Positions 15,859 to 25,901 of a DNA stretch of 64,000 nucleotides are shown piece after piece. How positions within the stretch are numbered: the stretch's first letter is position 1; every line of letters starts with the position of its first letter. Position numbers and translations under genes: made by a program. Origin of the DNA: a virus; the IMG/VR virus record IMGVR_UViG_3300045988_123324, positions 1 through 64,000 of that record. The stretch is one strand, 5' to 3'. The notes beneath the pieces were generated by a model. The model was not told where the DNA came from and ran no database searches. It worked only from the letters and a program-made list of their open reading frames with translations.

Positions 15859-17733
15859 TTATTCTCCTAGCGCATAGTTAATTTTATAACTTCCTGCGTT
15901 ATTCAGTGTTACGTCTAATGTTTCGTTATCAACAAAATCTGCAAGGTAATAATCCCCTGGTCTTACTTGTCTCCATTTACCTTTTTGGTTTACTGTTAAT
16001 GCTAAGTTATCTATATTAACGTCACTATTGCTATATGTTTGAGATAGACTAAATGCAACGCCTAGTTTATTTGTTACTATTGTGTCATTTTTTGTTATTA
16101 GCTTGTGCCACTTCTCTGTTGTTATCGCCTTTACTGATACATCAGTCATTCCCTTTGTTGGAATTTCATCTGGTTGTATCTCTACCCAATCTGTTGTATA
16201 TGTTAGATATTTTTCCCCGTCTACTGTAAACGCATATCTTATATCACTTTTTTGTGTCTTGTACGCTTCTGTTGGTGGCGTAAATTCGCTTGTCCATTTT
16301 GCATAAGGTACTACACTAAACTCATCTATTATTCCTTTTATATACGTTCCTGCTGTCCCACTTACTGATGTGCCAATACCACAAACTCTAAAATTTAGGT
16401 CTTTTGCACTATCTATAGTCTTTACTAGGTGTCCATCTTTATATAGATAAAACACTCCATCTTTTCGTACAAGTGCTATATGGTGCCAATTTCCATCCAT
16501 CAATGGATCAAACTTATTTTCATCCTTATACGTACCATCTGTAGAAAAATGTGTGTTTGTAAGTTTTATTGTGCCATCATAACTTGAGAATAATGTAGGA
16601 TTTGCTTGTGGTTGTGTAGCATCACATTTCTGCCAGAAGTCTACAGTAACATCTTCTTTGCCATAAACACAATCATTGTTGGTAAGATATATACAATTAT
16701 TCGCAGAGAATTTTATTGCCTTACCACCAAATTTACTATCCTCTGTGAACTCTGCTGTGTGTTGTGAAGTAGTAGGATTCCAATATTCATCGTCATAATC
16801 ACCATCAAAATGAAATAACATATTCGGCTTGACACTATTATTAAAATTAGATTTCGCTTTTTGTGTTGGAACAATACTTACTATATCTTCAACCTGTTTT
16901 ATACTGATTAGGTCTTTTGGTAATACTATTTGTGGTTTCATAGCCCCAAATATATATGGAGATGCTTGAACATTGTTCTCTGTAAATGTTGCAATCTTAA
17001 ATTTTCCCAATTCTTTTAGTTTTTCTGTTCCTCTTACAGAGCTTTTATTAAATAAATTCTCTTTATCTGTGTCAGATAGAGTAGTCCAATTATCCGCGAC
17101 TTTTTCTACTTTATCATTATACACATTGTTATTTTCTGTAATGTATAGTACACTTTTTGCTTTAGGTATTTCTATATCTGGTACTCCTGTGAATGGTCTT
17201 GCATAATCCCACAAAATCACATCCGATACTTTTCCATCAAATAATGGATATGATGCTGTCCCACCTACTTGTAAGCTACTGATAGCAAGAACGTAACTAT
17301 AATAACTATTTTGATAGATCTCTCCATTAATATATATAGTTCCTCGCCTATTATAGCCATTAAAGTATATATATATGTGAATCCATGTTCCAGTATCAAG
17401 TAATAGTTGTTTTTCGCTTCCAAAAGCAAAATAGGATCTGACATATTGTGCAGAACCATCACAGAAATATAAAGAATCTGAACCATTTACTGCAACTGGT
17501 TCAGCCCACACTGTTCTATTTCTCATATATGCCCAATATGAAATTGCCCAACTATTTACTGGTGTTTTGAACTGAACATAAACAACACTTTTGCCATCTG
17601 TCTTGTCTAGGCATCTTTCTCCATATTTGCCAGTTCCTATCTGTGGATTGCCTAATGGATATGATATTGTATTTTCTGTGTTATAGTCCTTAAACTTACC
17701 GTCACTATCTACATATATTCTACTCTTATACAT
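15859..17733 (-). CDS. tail fibre / receptor-binding protein with two LamG (concanavalin-like) domains
   Basis: TGTWIHIYIYFNG..GTIYINGE and DGNWHHIALVRKDGVFYLYKDGHLV are typical LamG beta-sandwich signatures. Follows the large fibre gene. Confidence 0.65.
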   Translation of the reverse strand: MYKSRIYVDSDGKFKDYNTENTISYPLGNPQIGTGKYGERCLDKTDGKSVVYVQFKTPVNSWAISYWAYMRNRTVWAEPVAVNGSDSLYFCDGSAQYVRSYFAFGSEKQLLLDTGTWIHIYIYFNGYNRRGTIYINGEIYQNSYYSYVLAISSLQVGGTASYPLFDGKVSDVILWDYARPFTGVPDIEIPKAKSVLYITENNNVYNDKVEKVADNWTTLSDTDKENLFNKSSVRGTEKLKELGKFKIATFTENNVQASPYIFGAMKPQIVLPKDLISIKQVEDIVSIVPTQKAKSNFNNSVKPNMLFHFDGDYDDEYWNPTTSQHTAEFTEDSKFGGKAIKFSANNCIYLTNNDCVYGKEDVTVDFWQKCDATQPQANPTLFSSYDGTIKLTNTHFSTDGTYKDENKFDPLMDGNWHHIALVRKDGVFYLYKDGHLVKTIDSAKDLNFRVCGIGTSVSGTAGTYIKGIIDEFSVVPYAKWTSEFTPPTEAYKTQKSDIRYAFTVDGEKYLTYTTDWVEIQPDEIPTKGMTDVSVKAITTEKWHKLITKNDTIVTNKLGVAFSLSQTYSNSDVNIDNLALTVNQKGKWRQVRPGDYYLADFVDNETLDVTLNNAGSYKINYALGE

Positions 17734-17734
17734 T

Positions 17735-20700
17735 TTAATATATCACATCCTCTATCATTGAATAATCCTCTGGATTTACATAATCAGATACACTAACATA
17801 GCCACTCCCTAGTGCTGTTTGCGCTGTGCTGTTTATCTTATGGTAAGTATTCGGTCTTACCACTGAATCAAATGTTACTTTATCGTATTTGAATTTACTT
17901 CCATCACCTACATCAAATGTATATACATTCATAACCATTCCAGATGTTCCTGGCTGTAACTGCAACACACTTATTGGTGGGAAACAAAAAGTTAATGTTT
18001 CTTTGAACTTTATTGTTACTTTTGTACCTGTTGGTGCATTTAGCTTAGTAACTTGTTTCCATCCTGCTACTGAGCCACTTCCACCACCTGATAGATTTTC
18101 CCACTTATCTTGGTTAAAGTCTGAAATTGATGTAAATGCTTCTTTTGCTTTCCACAAATTACCATTATAGGTTATTACTGCACCTTTGATATATGGTGTA
18201 TTTGCGTGCCATTCTTCAATCGTTGTTGGTTTTACTATTGCATCCCACTCTGTTTCATTAAATGTTGTTGCTGTGTTCTGCTTTGCTCTATATACAATAC
18301 CATCTTTTATCACAACTTCATTTAGTGAATATGATATTCCTGAATAATAGTCTTTTATAAACGCGCTACCATTTACATAGCCCCATTGTGCTTGAAATGT
18401 TGGAGATTTTGATATATCTGATACTGTTCTATATAAACTTCCTTGATAAAACACTAAGTCATTGGCTTTATAGTCTTTATTACTTGACCAATCTTCTATT
18501 CTTGTTTGTTGTGGCTGTGGTGTTGATGAGCCAGAGCCACTTGTTCCACTTGTTATTGATTCCCAATTTTCATCTTTAAACTCTACTTCGTCCTCGTGGT
18601 CTTTCTTGCATCTATAAATGTTTCCATCATGAACAACAACTGTATCCTTTTCATACTTTTTATACTTTTGCCAATTTTCTATCTTTGTCATATCGCCTAT
18701 TAACATCCAGTTATCATTTTTGTACCTTGCCTGTATGTCACTAATGATTATATAAGATCCACCGCTATCAAAACCAAAATTATTATATCCTGCATATCTT
18801 CCCTCTTGCTTTATAATAAATTTTTTGACTTTATCATAAATTTTTAACGGTTTTGCTGGTGGATATGCGCCATCATATACTTCGGTTTCGACATTATCTA
18901 TACCAACCTTTATTACTCTAAAATGTTGGTAGTGTGTCCAGTCTGGACGTGCAATACCTACCACAAAATTCAATGTGTAAACCGTACCACCACCAACATA
19001 TAGGTCAATTACATCATCCCCCAAATTTGATTGATGCCCAGTGGTATTTACAACACCAATTCCATCTGGATGTTCTGACCGAAACCTATTGCATATATCA
19101 ATACCGCCAGCAGCTCCATTTACTGACTTATGTGTTTCTATACACTTATATAGTTTTCCTTCACTGACTACTGTTACGCCTTTTTTGTAGTTTGCTCCTT
19201 CTTTCCACTCAGCTATGCTTGCATATTGTGGATCTACATGATTAAATTCAGAACTAAAAACTGCCTCTGTATCAAAATCTTCTTTTACTTGATAACTAAC
19301 ATCATATATAGTTATTAACGAATCTTTTTCATATATTGTATTTTTTGCCCACGGTCTTATTGCTTGTGAGTAATTTAGTATATCCCACTGTGACTGGTCA
19401 AATACTGAATTAGCAGCTACCAGTCCTCTTGCTCTATATAGTTTACCATTATATCTTACAATGTCATTTTGGCTATATGCTCGACCATCAAAATCATTGA
19501 TTACAACAAGTGGGAACAGGTTTGGTGTTCCACCTATGTCAACGTGCTCTGACGTTGCAGTAAAATTGTGCATTACATAATAAAAGGTATTCGCTGTTGC
19601 TAGTTTTACTATTTCACCGACTTCATAATTATTGCCTACAGTATATGTGCCTACTTTTATTGTTCCATTCTGTGTTAGTTTTTCCCATTTACTTATACTG
19701 AATGTTGCTTCTTTTACATTTTCTTTTGCTCTATATAGGTCATTTTGATACCAAACAACATCACCACTGTAATATTGCGTATCTGCCACCCAATTATTAA
19801 GGCTCCCCATCTTTCTCCAATAGTCTGATGTTAAGTCCTTGCCTTTTACATTATCAATACTGTAGTAGAATCCACCGTCTGTGTGCCTTACTACACTTCC
19901 TACTGGATAATATGAATCCTTCTTCCATTGTGGAATACTTGCATACATTACGTGGTATTTATCTTCTTGTACTGCCGCACCAGAATTATGTGCTACAGAT
20001 GATTTTACAAGCAGATCTTTAATAGCTATGGGCTGTTCTTCTGAATAATCTGTATTCTGTTTCCATTCTCCAAAATCGCCATTAACAAGTTTTTCCCACT
20101 TTGTTATGTCAAATGTAGTATCTTTACTGTCTGATTTCGCTCTATAAATGTCTTTATTCTTTGTAACAATGTCATTAACAGAATACTGCTTGTTCTGCTC
20201 CCAATCCTTGATATTTGCAACTGGCGTTACTTTCTTCCATAGTGTAATATCGTCTATAGGCTTATTCGCTTCTATGTCTTTAATGGCAAAATAGATATTT
20301 CCATCATCTGTTCTTACAACGGAATCTTTTTTATATGGTTTAGTCTTATCATGCTTATTTATACTAGCATCTACTTCGATAAATTTTGTGAAATCAATAT
20401 CAGTTCCAGATGTGTGTTCTTTTGCTCTTAATAGTATTCCATTATACATTACAAGCTGATTTTCTGTATACTTTGTATTTGCTCCCCAATCATATACAGT
20501 AGCACTTGCTCCACCGCCCAGTGTCTCCCACTTGCTTGTATCTGTTACAGATTCTCCGTTGGTATCTTCTTTTGCCCTATAGATAGAACCACTGTGAAAT
20601 ACCATTTCTCCTGCTTTATATGGTTTTGATTCATATTCAGTTATTTGATTATTGCTTATTTTCTTCCATGAACCTGCTTTGACTGCTTTTTCAAATGTAT

Positions 20701-21700
20701 TATAATCCTGTTCCTTGTCATTCAGTAGCTTTTTATATATAGAACCATCTTTCTCAACAACACTACCTATCGGATATACTATTGCAGATGTGTCATATGC
20801 CGCAATAGATGCATTGATTGGTTTTGTGTTGCTCCCTAAATCAGAAGTCCCTATATTTTCAACTGATACAAGTGTATTATGAACTACTGCTGTGTCTCCA
20901 TTCACATAAGGCTCATTCCTGTTTACATCCCAAAGCTTAATTACGTCCGTTAATTTATCCCAGTCTGAAAGGTCAAATGCTCGTTTAGAGTTTCTTTTTG
21001 CTTTATATAGGTTTCTGGCGTACTTAACCACATCACCTGTATAATACTGCCTATCAGGAACAAAATCTGCTCCTACATCATTTATCCTTTCCCAATTTAT
21101 GTCATCAAAGGTATCACCCGATGTATGTGCTTTCTTGCATTTATATGCCACAAAGTCAACAAGTACAGAGTCTCCAACATTATAAAATGTTTTCTTTTTC
21201 CAATTTCTTATACTAGCAAATACTTCTTGCCAGTTATCTTTATTATCTTCAAATGTTGTTGCATCATGTGGTCTTGTGCATCTATATATTACGTCTCCGT
21301 AATACACAACGTCACCACGCTTGTAATATGCTCCACTAAGCCATGTTGCAATAAGTCCATCTTTTGATGTCCCTGTTGCAATATCTAACACTTGGAATTT
21401 AGCTGTCCCAGATGTAAAAATAGAACCAGTAACATTGTTACTAGGTTCTACTGTATCTGTTTGTCCTGCTACTGTGCAATAAGCATATTGAGATGATCTT
21501 AAATTAGGATACCTTACAATATCTCCCACAGTATAGTCTGTATTCTTTTTCCAAAGTGTCCAATGGCTCTTATCCTGTACGTGAGATATTCCTACTAGCT
21601 TATCGTCTGCATCATCTATAAAGCGGTTAAAACTTTCTTCTGCAAAATACCATTCAGAATTTATTCTGAGCAAATCCAGCTTTCTTGTTCTATCTGCCAT
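17735..21700 (-). CDS. large tail fibre with ~20 CBM5/12-like (W..Y..GD.V.Y.G..YR.K) repeats
   Basis: 1321 aa. The repeated unit W-x3-5-Y-x2-G-[DE]-x-V-x5-9-Y-[RK]-[AC]-K recurs every ~45-55 aa. A non-repeat insert and a distinct C-terminal domain are present. Confidence 0.7.
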   Translation of the reverse strand: MADRTRKLDLLRINSEWYFAEESFNRFIDDADDKLVGISHVQDKSHWTLWKKNTDYTVGDIVRYPNLRSSQYAYCTVAGQTDTVEPSNNVTGSIFTSGTAKFQVLDIATGTSKDGLIATWLSGAYYKRGDVVYYGDVIYRCTRPHDATTFEDNKDNWQEVFASIRNWKKKTFYNVGDSVLVDFVAYKCKKAHTSGDTFDDINWERINDVGADFVPDRQYYTGDVVKYARNLYKAKRNSKRAFDLSDWDKLTDVIKLWDVNRNEPYVNGDTAVVHNTLVSVENIGTSDLGSNTKPINASIAAYDTSAIVYPIGSVVEKDGSIYKKLLNDKEQDYNTFEKAVKAGSWKKISNNQITEYESKPYKAGEMVFHSGSIYRAKEDTNGESVTDTSKWETLGGGASATVYDWGANTKYTENQLVMYNGILLRAKEHTSGTDIDFTKFIEVDASINKHDKTKPYKKDSVVRTDDGNIYFAIKDIEANKPIDDITLWKKVTPVANIKDWEQNKQYSVNDIVTKNKDIYRAKSDSKDTTFDITKWEKLVNGDFGEWKQNTDYSEEQPIAIKDLLVKSSVAHNSGAAVQEDKYHVMYASIPQWKKDSYYPVGSVVRHTDGGFYYSIDNVKGKDLTSDYWRKMGSLNNWVADTQYYSGDVVWYQNDLYRAKENVKEATFSISKWEKLTQNGTIKVGTYTVGNNYEVGEIVKLATANTFYYVMHNFTATSEHVDIGGTPNLFPLVVINDFDGRAYSQNDIVRYNGKLYRARGLVAANSVFDQSQWDILNYSQAIRPWAKNTIYEKDSLITIYDVSYQVKEDFDTEAVFSSEFNHVDPQYASIAEWKEGANYKKGVTVVSEGKLYKCIETHKSVNGAAGGIDICNRFRSEHPDGIGVVNTTGHQSNLGDDVIDLYVGGGTVYTLNFVVGIARPDWTHYQHFRVIKVGIDNVETEVYDGAYPPAKPLKIYDKVKKFIIKQEGRYAGYNNFGFDSGGSYIIISDIQARYKNDNWMLIGDMTKIENWQKYKKYEKDTVVVHDGNIYRCKKDHEDEVEFKDENWESITSGTSGSGSSTPQPQQTRIEDWSSNKDYKANDLVFYQGSLYRTVSDISKSPTFQAQWGYVNGSAFIKDYYSGISYSLNEVVIKDGIVYRAKQNTATTFNETEWDAIVKPTTIEEWHANTPYIKGAVITYNGNLWKAKEAFTSISDFNQDKWENLSGGGSGSVAGWKQVTKLNAPTGTKVTIKFKETLTFCFPPISVLQLQPGTSGMVMNVYTFDVGDGSKFKYDKVTFDSVVRPNTYHKINSTAQTALGSGYVSVSDYVNPEDYSMIEDVIY

Positions 21701-21720
21701 TAAATCACCCCTTACGCTAT

Positions 21721-21749
21721 ATTATAACACATTATTATTAAAAAATCAA
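21721..21749 (-). promoter_or_regulatory. sigma70-like promoter upstream of the fibre gene
   Basis: Minus strand TTGATT (21744-21749) - 17 nt - TGtTATAAT (TATAAT at 21721-26, extended -10). Confidence 0.5.
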
Positions 21750-24700
21750 GATTTGACATACAAATCATACTTTATAACATTTCCACTTCTTATTCTAAAA
21801 TAATCTGTTGTGTTGTTGCCAAAACTATTAAAATTATTTCTGAATATAAATTCTTCTTCCATTACTATCTTATGGTATATTGGATGTAGGATTGGTGGAT
21901 GCGTGCTGTTGTCTATATCCACTCCGTCAAGTCTATATGCAACATAGCCAGAAATATCATACATTTGCCCATCTTGTCCCTTAACAAGGTTGGTAGTACC
22001 ACCCTTCTTTCCAATAAGCACTAGCGCACCATCATCAAATAGCATCGTCTGTTGTTTTGATACTGTTGTATCAGGTATGAATATATTAGTCTCTCTAACA
22101 ATACTGTCCATATAATCTTGAACATCTTCAACACGTTCTACAATACCAACAATTCTTGGGACATTTATGATTATATCTTTCTCATACTTATCATATGAAT
22201 ATAGTCCTTTTGCACTATCATAAGTAAGTATTTCTATATGTGCTTGATTTGAGTCCATGATTCTGTTTCTCATCTTAGAACAAAATTCTTCCCACTTAGA
22301 GAAAAACTCCCCATTATTTGTGAGGTCATAGCTCATTTCAAACTCTCTGCCGTTACACGATACTCTGACAATTCCTACAGTAGAATTTGGTATATCTACT
22401 GGGTTATCAAGATGTGACTTAATTCCAATATCTGAGAACTTGTTTCTATTGTTAAACTTAAATCTCAACCCACAAGTAAATACTGTACCAGCAGGGAAGT
22501 TGTATTTGAATACTGACTTATTGCCTTTATTTGCACTAAACTGTAGATTGCCCATGATAGATGGTGATTCACTACGTCTAGCTGTCAGAATATTCGTTGT
22601 CTTATCTTTATCAAAGTCTTGTGCCTTTTCTGTTGTTGCACTTGTAACTTCCAGTGATTCTTTTGATGTCATTCCTGCACGGGCTACTGGTCTATTCTTA
22701 TTAACGTCTCTCTTAGTATCAAAGAAATAGCAATATGATGTAGCAAAATGCTTTCTTGGTACTGTGTCATACACACCACGAATAACATCTTTCAGCACAA
22801 AATTACCATTAGGAAGTTGATCTATACTTCCATAAGACATTATCTCACCGTCTGCAACAAACAGATTCATTCCACTTCGATTATTGATTGATTGTGGATT
22901 ATCCTTAATGTCTGCCATCTTTTTCTTTAGTAGTTCATCTGTCTGATTGCCAATAGCTTTTATCTCTATCGAGTTATCTATTCCATAATTTTCATCTGTA
23001 CCTGCAATCATTCTTCCGACCATAGACCAATTCGATGTTGTTTCATTCTTGTTATATGTACCATTCTCATATCGCCAAATAGACCAAGAATATGCTACAT
23101 CATTTGGTCTAGCCGCCCAAGCATCAATATATGTATCTAGTGACATTGTTGTTTCATATGGCATTTCCATAAACAAGAACTGCTTGATTTCTTCTGGCAA
23201 CTTTTCTGGTTCAGTCCAATCAGGAATACTTGCATATCTGTAGTCCGTAAGTTCAAACCCAAATACATCTTCTACTGCCGTAATACTGATCTGACCATCT
23301 GTCAAAGAGCCATAGTCTACGTCTGTTACTCGGTAAACTTGCTTGTCAATTCCATATGGTTCCCATGATACCATTATAGGATCTCCAATAGTTACATCAT
23401 GTCCATATCTATTACACTTAAAGTTGATTGAAGATAGTGGATATGCGGCTGTAAGTAACTGTGTCTTAGCCATATATCTAGCATTTTCAACTGTTGTAAA
23501 ATATGAGCCGTCTACAGTGCTTTCTTTATTTCTCTTTGTTATTAGTGTATTAGCAAGGTCATTAACTGAAAGTGTTCCTTCGTCATATTTATTCTCTGCA
23601 TCTGTAAATGTAAGAGATATAGAGGATGTTGTTTCCGACCAATCAAGTCTTGAAAACTCCATGCCTACACAGTTTGATGGATCAAACACTTTTATCTCAT
23701 TTACGTCATAGTCATTTCTTAGTAACTTAAATGTTAGCTTTCCTGTCTTAGGATCATCATACTTAACTCCACTGATATGAACCATTATATTATTAATGTA
23801 GTCTCCTGCTTTTGATACATTATTTATTAAACACGATATTCCTAATTTTTCTTTCTGGCACGTAAGCCCTAGTTTAATCAGACTCTCCTCATCAATAACA
23901 TCTTCGTCTGTGTTATAGTCACATCCCCAATAGTTATTTACAAGAATTTCGTAGATAACCTCTGCTGGGTTTGCGTCTTGTCCTATCTTTATTTCAAGTC
24001 CGCGATTCGGATATTTCTTTGATAGCCTGTCAGGATAGTTGGCTACTTCAAACCACATTTCTGGTATAGTCGCTTGCTTTCCTATATACGCCCCTCTGCT
24101 TTTATCTTTATCAGAAATAACACAAGTTAGATACATTGGATATTGTGGTGTTAAGCCTTTTAGATCTGCTGGTATTTTATCTGATTTTGTCATTTGCTCA
24201 ATCATCCACTGATCTTTCGGTTGGTGTCTATTGCCAAAATAATACCTTACTTCACCAACAAATCCACCGCCCTCGTCAACTCCACCAAACATTCCTTCAT
24301 CATTGATAAAGGCAGTAATACCATCTGTATTATCATTTTCCCATGCTATACTGTTATTGTTGTCCCAAACGCCTTTCTCTGTTGATGCTTCTACTTTGCT
24401 ATCGTACACATTCATCCATAGACGTTTTACACCAATGTTATCACCTGTCCAACAAATAATATGTTGCCAACCAAGATAATATTTAAATCCCTTCTGTATG
24501 GTGGTTCTGCCAAAGTGCTTATTAAACAGCCACATTAGCAGCGTTAGAATTGCATTATATACGGCACTCATCATCATCTTATTTTTCCACTTCTGGTCAA
24601 TTTCCTTTGCTGGCTTACCATCAGAGGTGATAACTTTATTTGGTGTTGCCAAGATTAAAATAATTTCAATGAGTAGGGGAATCAGTATATCCTTTACATT

Positions 24701-24988
24701 TAACTTGCTGTGCATCCCATATTCTTCTGTATATGGGTCTGCTCTAAATGCACCATAGTAAGATACAATAGGATTCTTTATCAACACTCTGCCTAATGCT
24801 ACGGGTATTGGACTTCCTATGCTGCTTGTATTATCTGATGTATATTTTGATGCTTTTTGTGTGGCTGTACTTCCACTCTTTTTACCTCTATTAAATAACA
24901 TCAATAGTAATGTACTAATACCCCAGCCCACAAATGGATTCAATCCATGAGACTTTTCTCCTGCGGATACAACTTGATACTGTTCCAA
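21746..24988 (-). CDS. tail tip / host-specificity protein (GTA g15 / lambda J-like)
   Basis: 1080 aa. N-terminal hydrophobic segment followed by SIGSPIPVALGRVLIKNPIVSYYG, resembling the G.PIP.vyG..r..G motif of GTA g15/J-type proteins. Sits after the gpL-like gene. TTG start behind GGGGGTGA. Confidence 0.65.
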   Translation of the reverse strand: MEQYQVVSAGEKSHGLNPFVGWGISTLLLMLFNRGKKSGSTATQKASKYTSDNTSSIGSPIPVALGRVLIKNPIVSYYGAFRADPYTEEYGMHSKLNVKDILIPLLIEIILILATPNKVITSDGKPAKEIDQKWKNKMMMSAVYNAILTLLMWLFNKHFGRTTIQKGFKYYLGWQHIICWTGDNIGVKRLWMNVYDSKVEASTEKGVWDNNNSIAWENDNTDGITAFINDEGMFGGVDEGGGFVGEVRYYFGNRHQPKDQWMIEQMTKSDKIPADLKGLTPQYPMYLTCVISDKDKSRGAYIGKQATIPEMWFEVANYPDRLSKKYPNRGLEIKIGQDANPAEVIYEILVNNYWGCDYNTDEDVIDEESLIKLGLTCQKEKLGISCLINNVSKAGDYINNIMVHISGVKYDDPKTGKLTFKLLRNDYDVNEIKVFDPSNCVGMEFSRLDWSETTSSISLTFTDAENKYDEGTLSVNDLANTLITKRNKESTVDGSYFTTVENARYMAKTQLLTAAYPLSSINFKCNRYGHDVTIGDPIMVSWEPYGIDKQVYRVTDVDYGSLTDGQISITAVEDVFGFELTDYRYASIPDWTEPEKLPEEIKQFLFMEMPYETTMSLDTYIDAWAARPNDVAYSWSIWRYENGTYNKNETTSNWSMVGRMIAGTDENYGIDNSIEIKAIGNQTDELLKKKMADIKDNPQSINNRSGMNLFVADGEIMSYGSIDQLPNGNFVLKDVIRGVYDTVPRKHFATSYCYFFDTKRDVNKNRPVARAGMTSKESLEVTSATTEKAQDFDKDKTTNILTARRSESPSIMGNLQFSANKGNKSVFKYNFPAGTVFTCGLRFKFNNRNKFSDIGIKSHLDNPVDIPNSTVGIVRVSCNGREFEMSYDLTNNGEFFSKWEEFCSKMRNRIMDSNQAHIEILTYDSAKGLYSYDKYEKDIIINVPRIVGIVERVEDVQDYMDSIVRETNIFIPDTTVSKQQTMLFDDGALVLIGKKGGTTNLVKGQDGQMYDISGYVAYRLDGVDIDNSTHPPILHPIYHKIVMEEEFIFRNNFNSFGNNTTDYFRIRSGNVIKYDLYVKS

Positions 24989-25001
24989 AATATATCACCC
25001 C

Positions 25002-25901
25002 CTAAACTCCCATTGTATGAATCCTGCCATGAGTATCACGTTCTATCACAGCATCATCAATCCAATATCCAGGTCTATTATCTACTGGATGTTTAAACGC
25101 ATCATATGGTTGTATATATGGTATGCCACTAAAGTTATCTGTATTTTTAAACTTCCTATGGCAAGCACTAAACAAACAATCACATCCTGGATACACCATA
25201 AATTCACTCATTCTATCGCTTGGATTGATTGGATATTTTATAGTAATAAATTCACCCTTATGCTCTTTAATCGCTCTAATGGCATGTCCCATGACAACGT
25301 ATCCGTTTGTAAAGTATCCATCTTCTTTTGTTGCAAGTTCATGAGACTGTATCTTTAGATGTTGAATACCACCAAATCCACCAACAGTCCAACAACGCAA
25401 CCCATAATCATCTTTATTCAAGTTGCATTTAGCATCATATATTCTATTCTGACAAAAATAAGAGAGTTTACCTACTGGTATCTCTCTATTTAATACATTT
25501 TCAATCGTTATAGTCAGTGTTGCTTCACTGTTGTTAAAAGATACTTGACTTACTATGCCTCTGAGTATTCTAATGTATTCTCCTTCGTGCATACGAAATA
25601 TTTCAACTCTTACAGAATCTTGCTCTGGTGGTGCTCCTTGGTAGAGGAGAGCTACATTATTTGTGCGGTTTACTGTTATTGAACAATTTTCCATAGTACC
25701 ATTACTATTTCCAAGCTTTAGGCTGTCACTTCTTTTTATATAGTCTGGTATAAAGTTATGCCAAACATTATCTATACTTACCTGCTGATATCTGTAACTA
25801 CTTGTATAAGCAAATTCTTCTCCATTATATTTAAATAAATATAGCTCTATCGGCGCAGCATCTTCTACTGATACTTCATGTGCTTCATACACTACCTGCA
25901 C
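25002..25901 (-). CDS. tail hub protein (lambda gpL / DUF2163 + phage BR0599-like)
   Basis: C-terminal YPGCDCLFSACHRKFKNTDNFSGIPYIQP matches the BR0599 Cys-rich signature. Earlier FCQNRIYDAKC supplies additional Cys. Confidence 0.6.
   Translation of the reverse strand: MQVVYEAHEVSVEDAAPIELYLFKYNGEEFAYTSSYRYQQVSIDNVWHNFIPDYIKRSDSLKLGNSNGTMENCSITVNRTNNVALLYQGAPPEQDSVRVEIFRMHEGEYIRILRGIVSQVSFNNSEATLTITIENVLNREIPVGKLSYFCQNRIYDAKCNLNKDDYGLRCWTVGGFGGIQHLKIQSHELATKEDGYFTNGYVVMGHAIRAIKEHKGEFITIKYPINPSDRMSEFMVYPGCDCLFSACHRKFKNTDNFSGIPYIQPYDAFKHPVDNRPGYWIDDAVIERDTHGRIHTMGV

Noticed and set aside
15859-21700. Diversity-generating retroelement targeting the LamG/CBM fibre genes
   Set aside because: There is no reverse transcriptase gene in the window, and I saw no near-identical template/variable repeat pair. 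The fibre repeats are diverged at the DNA level.
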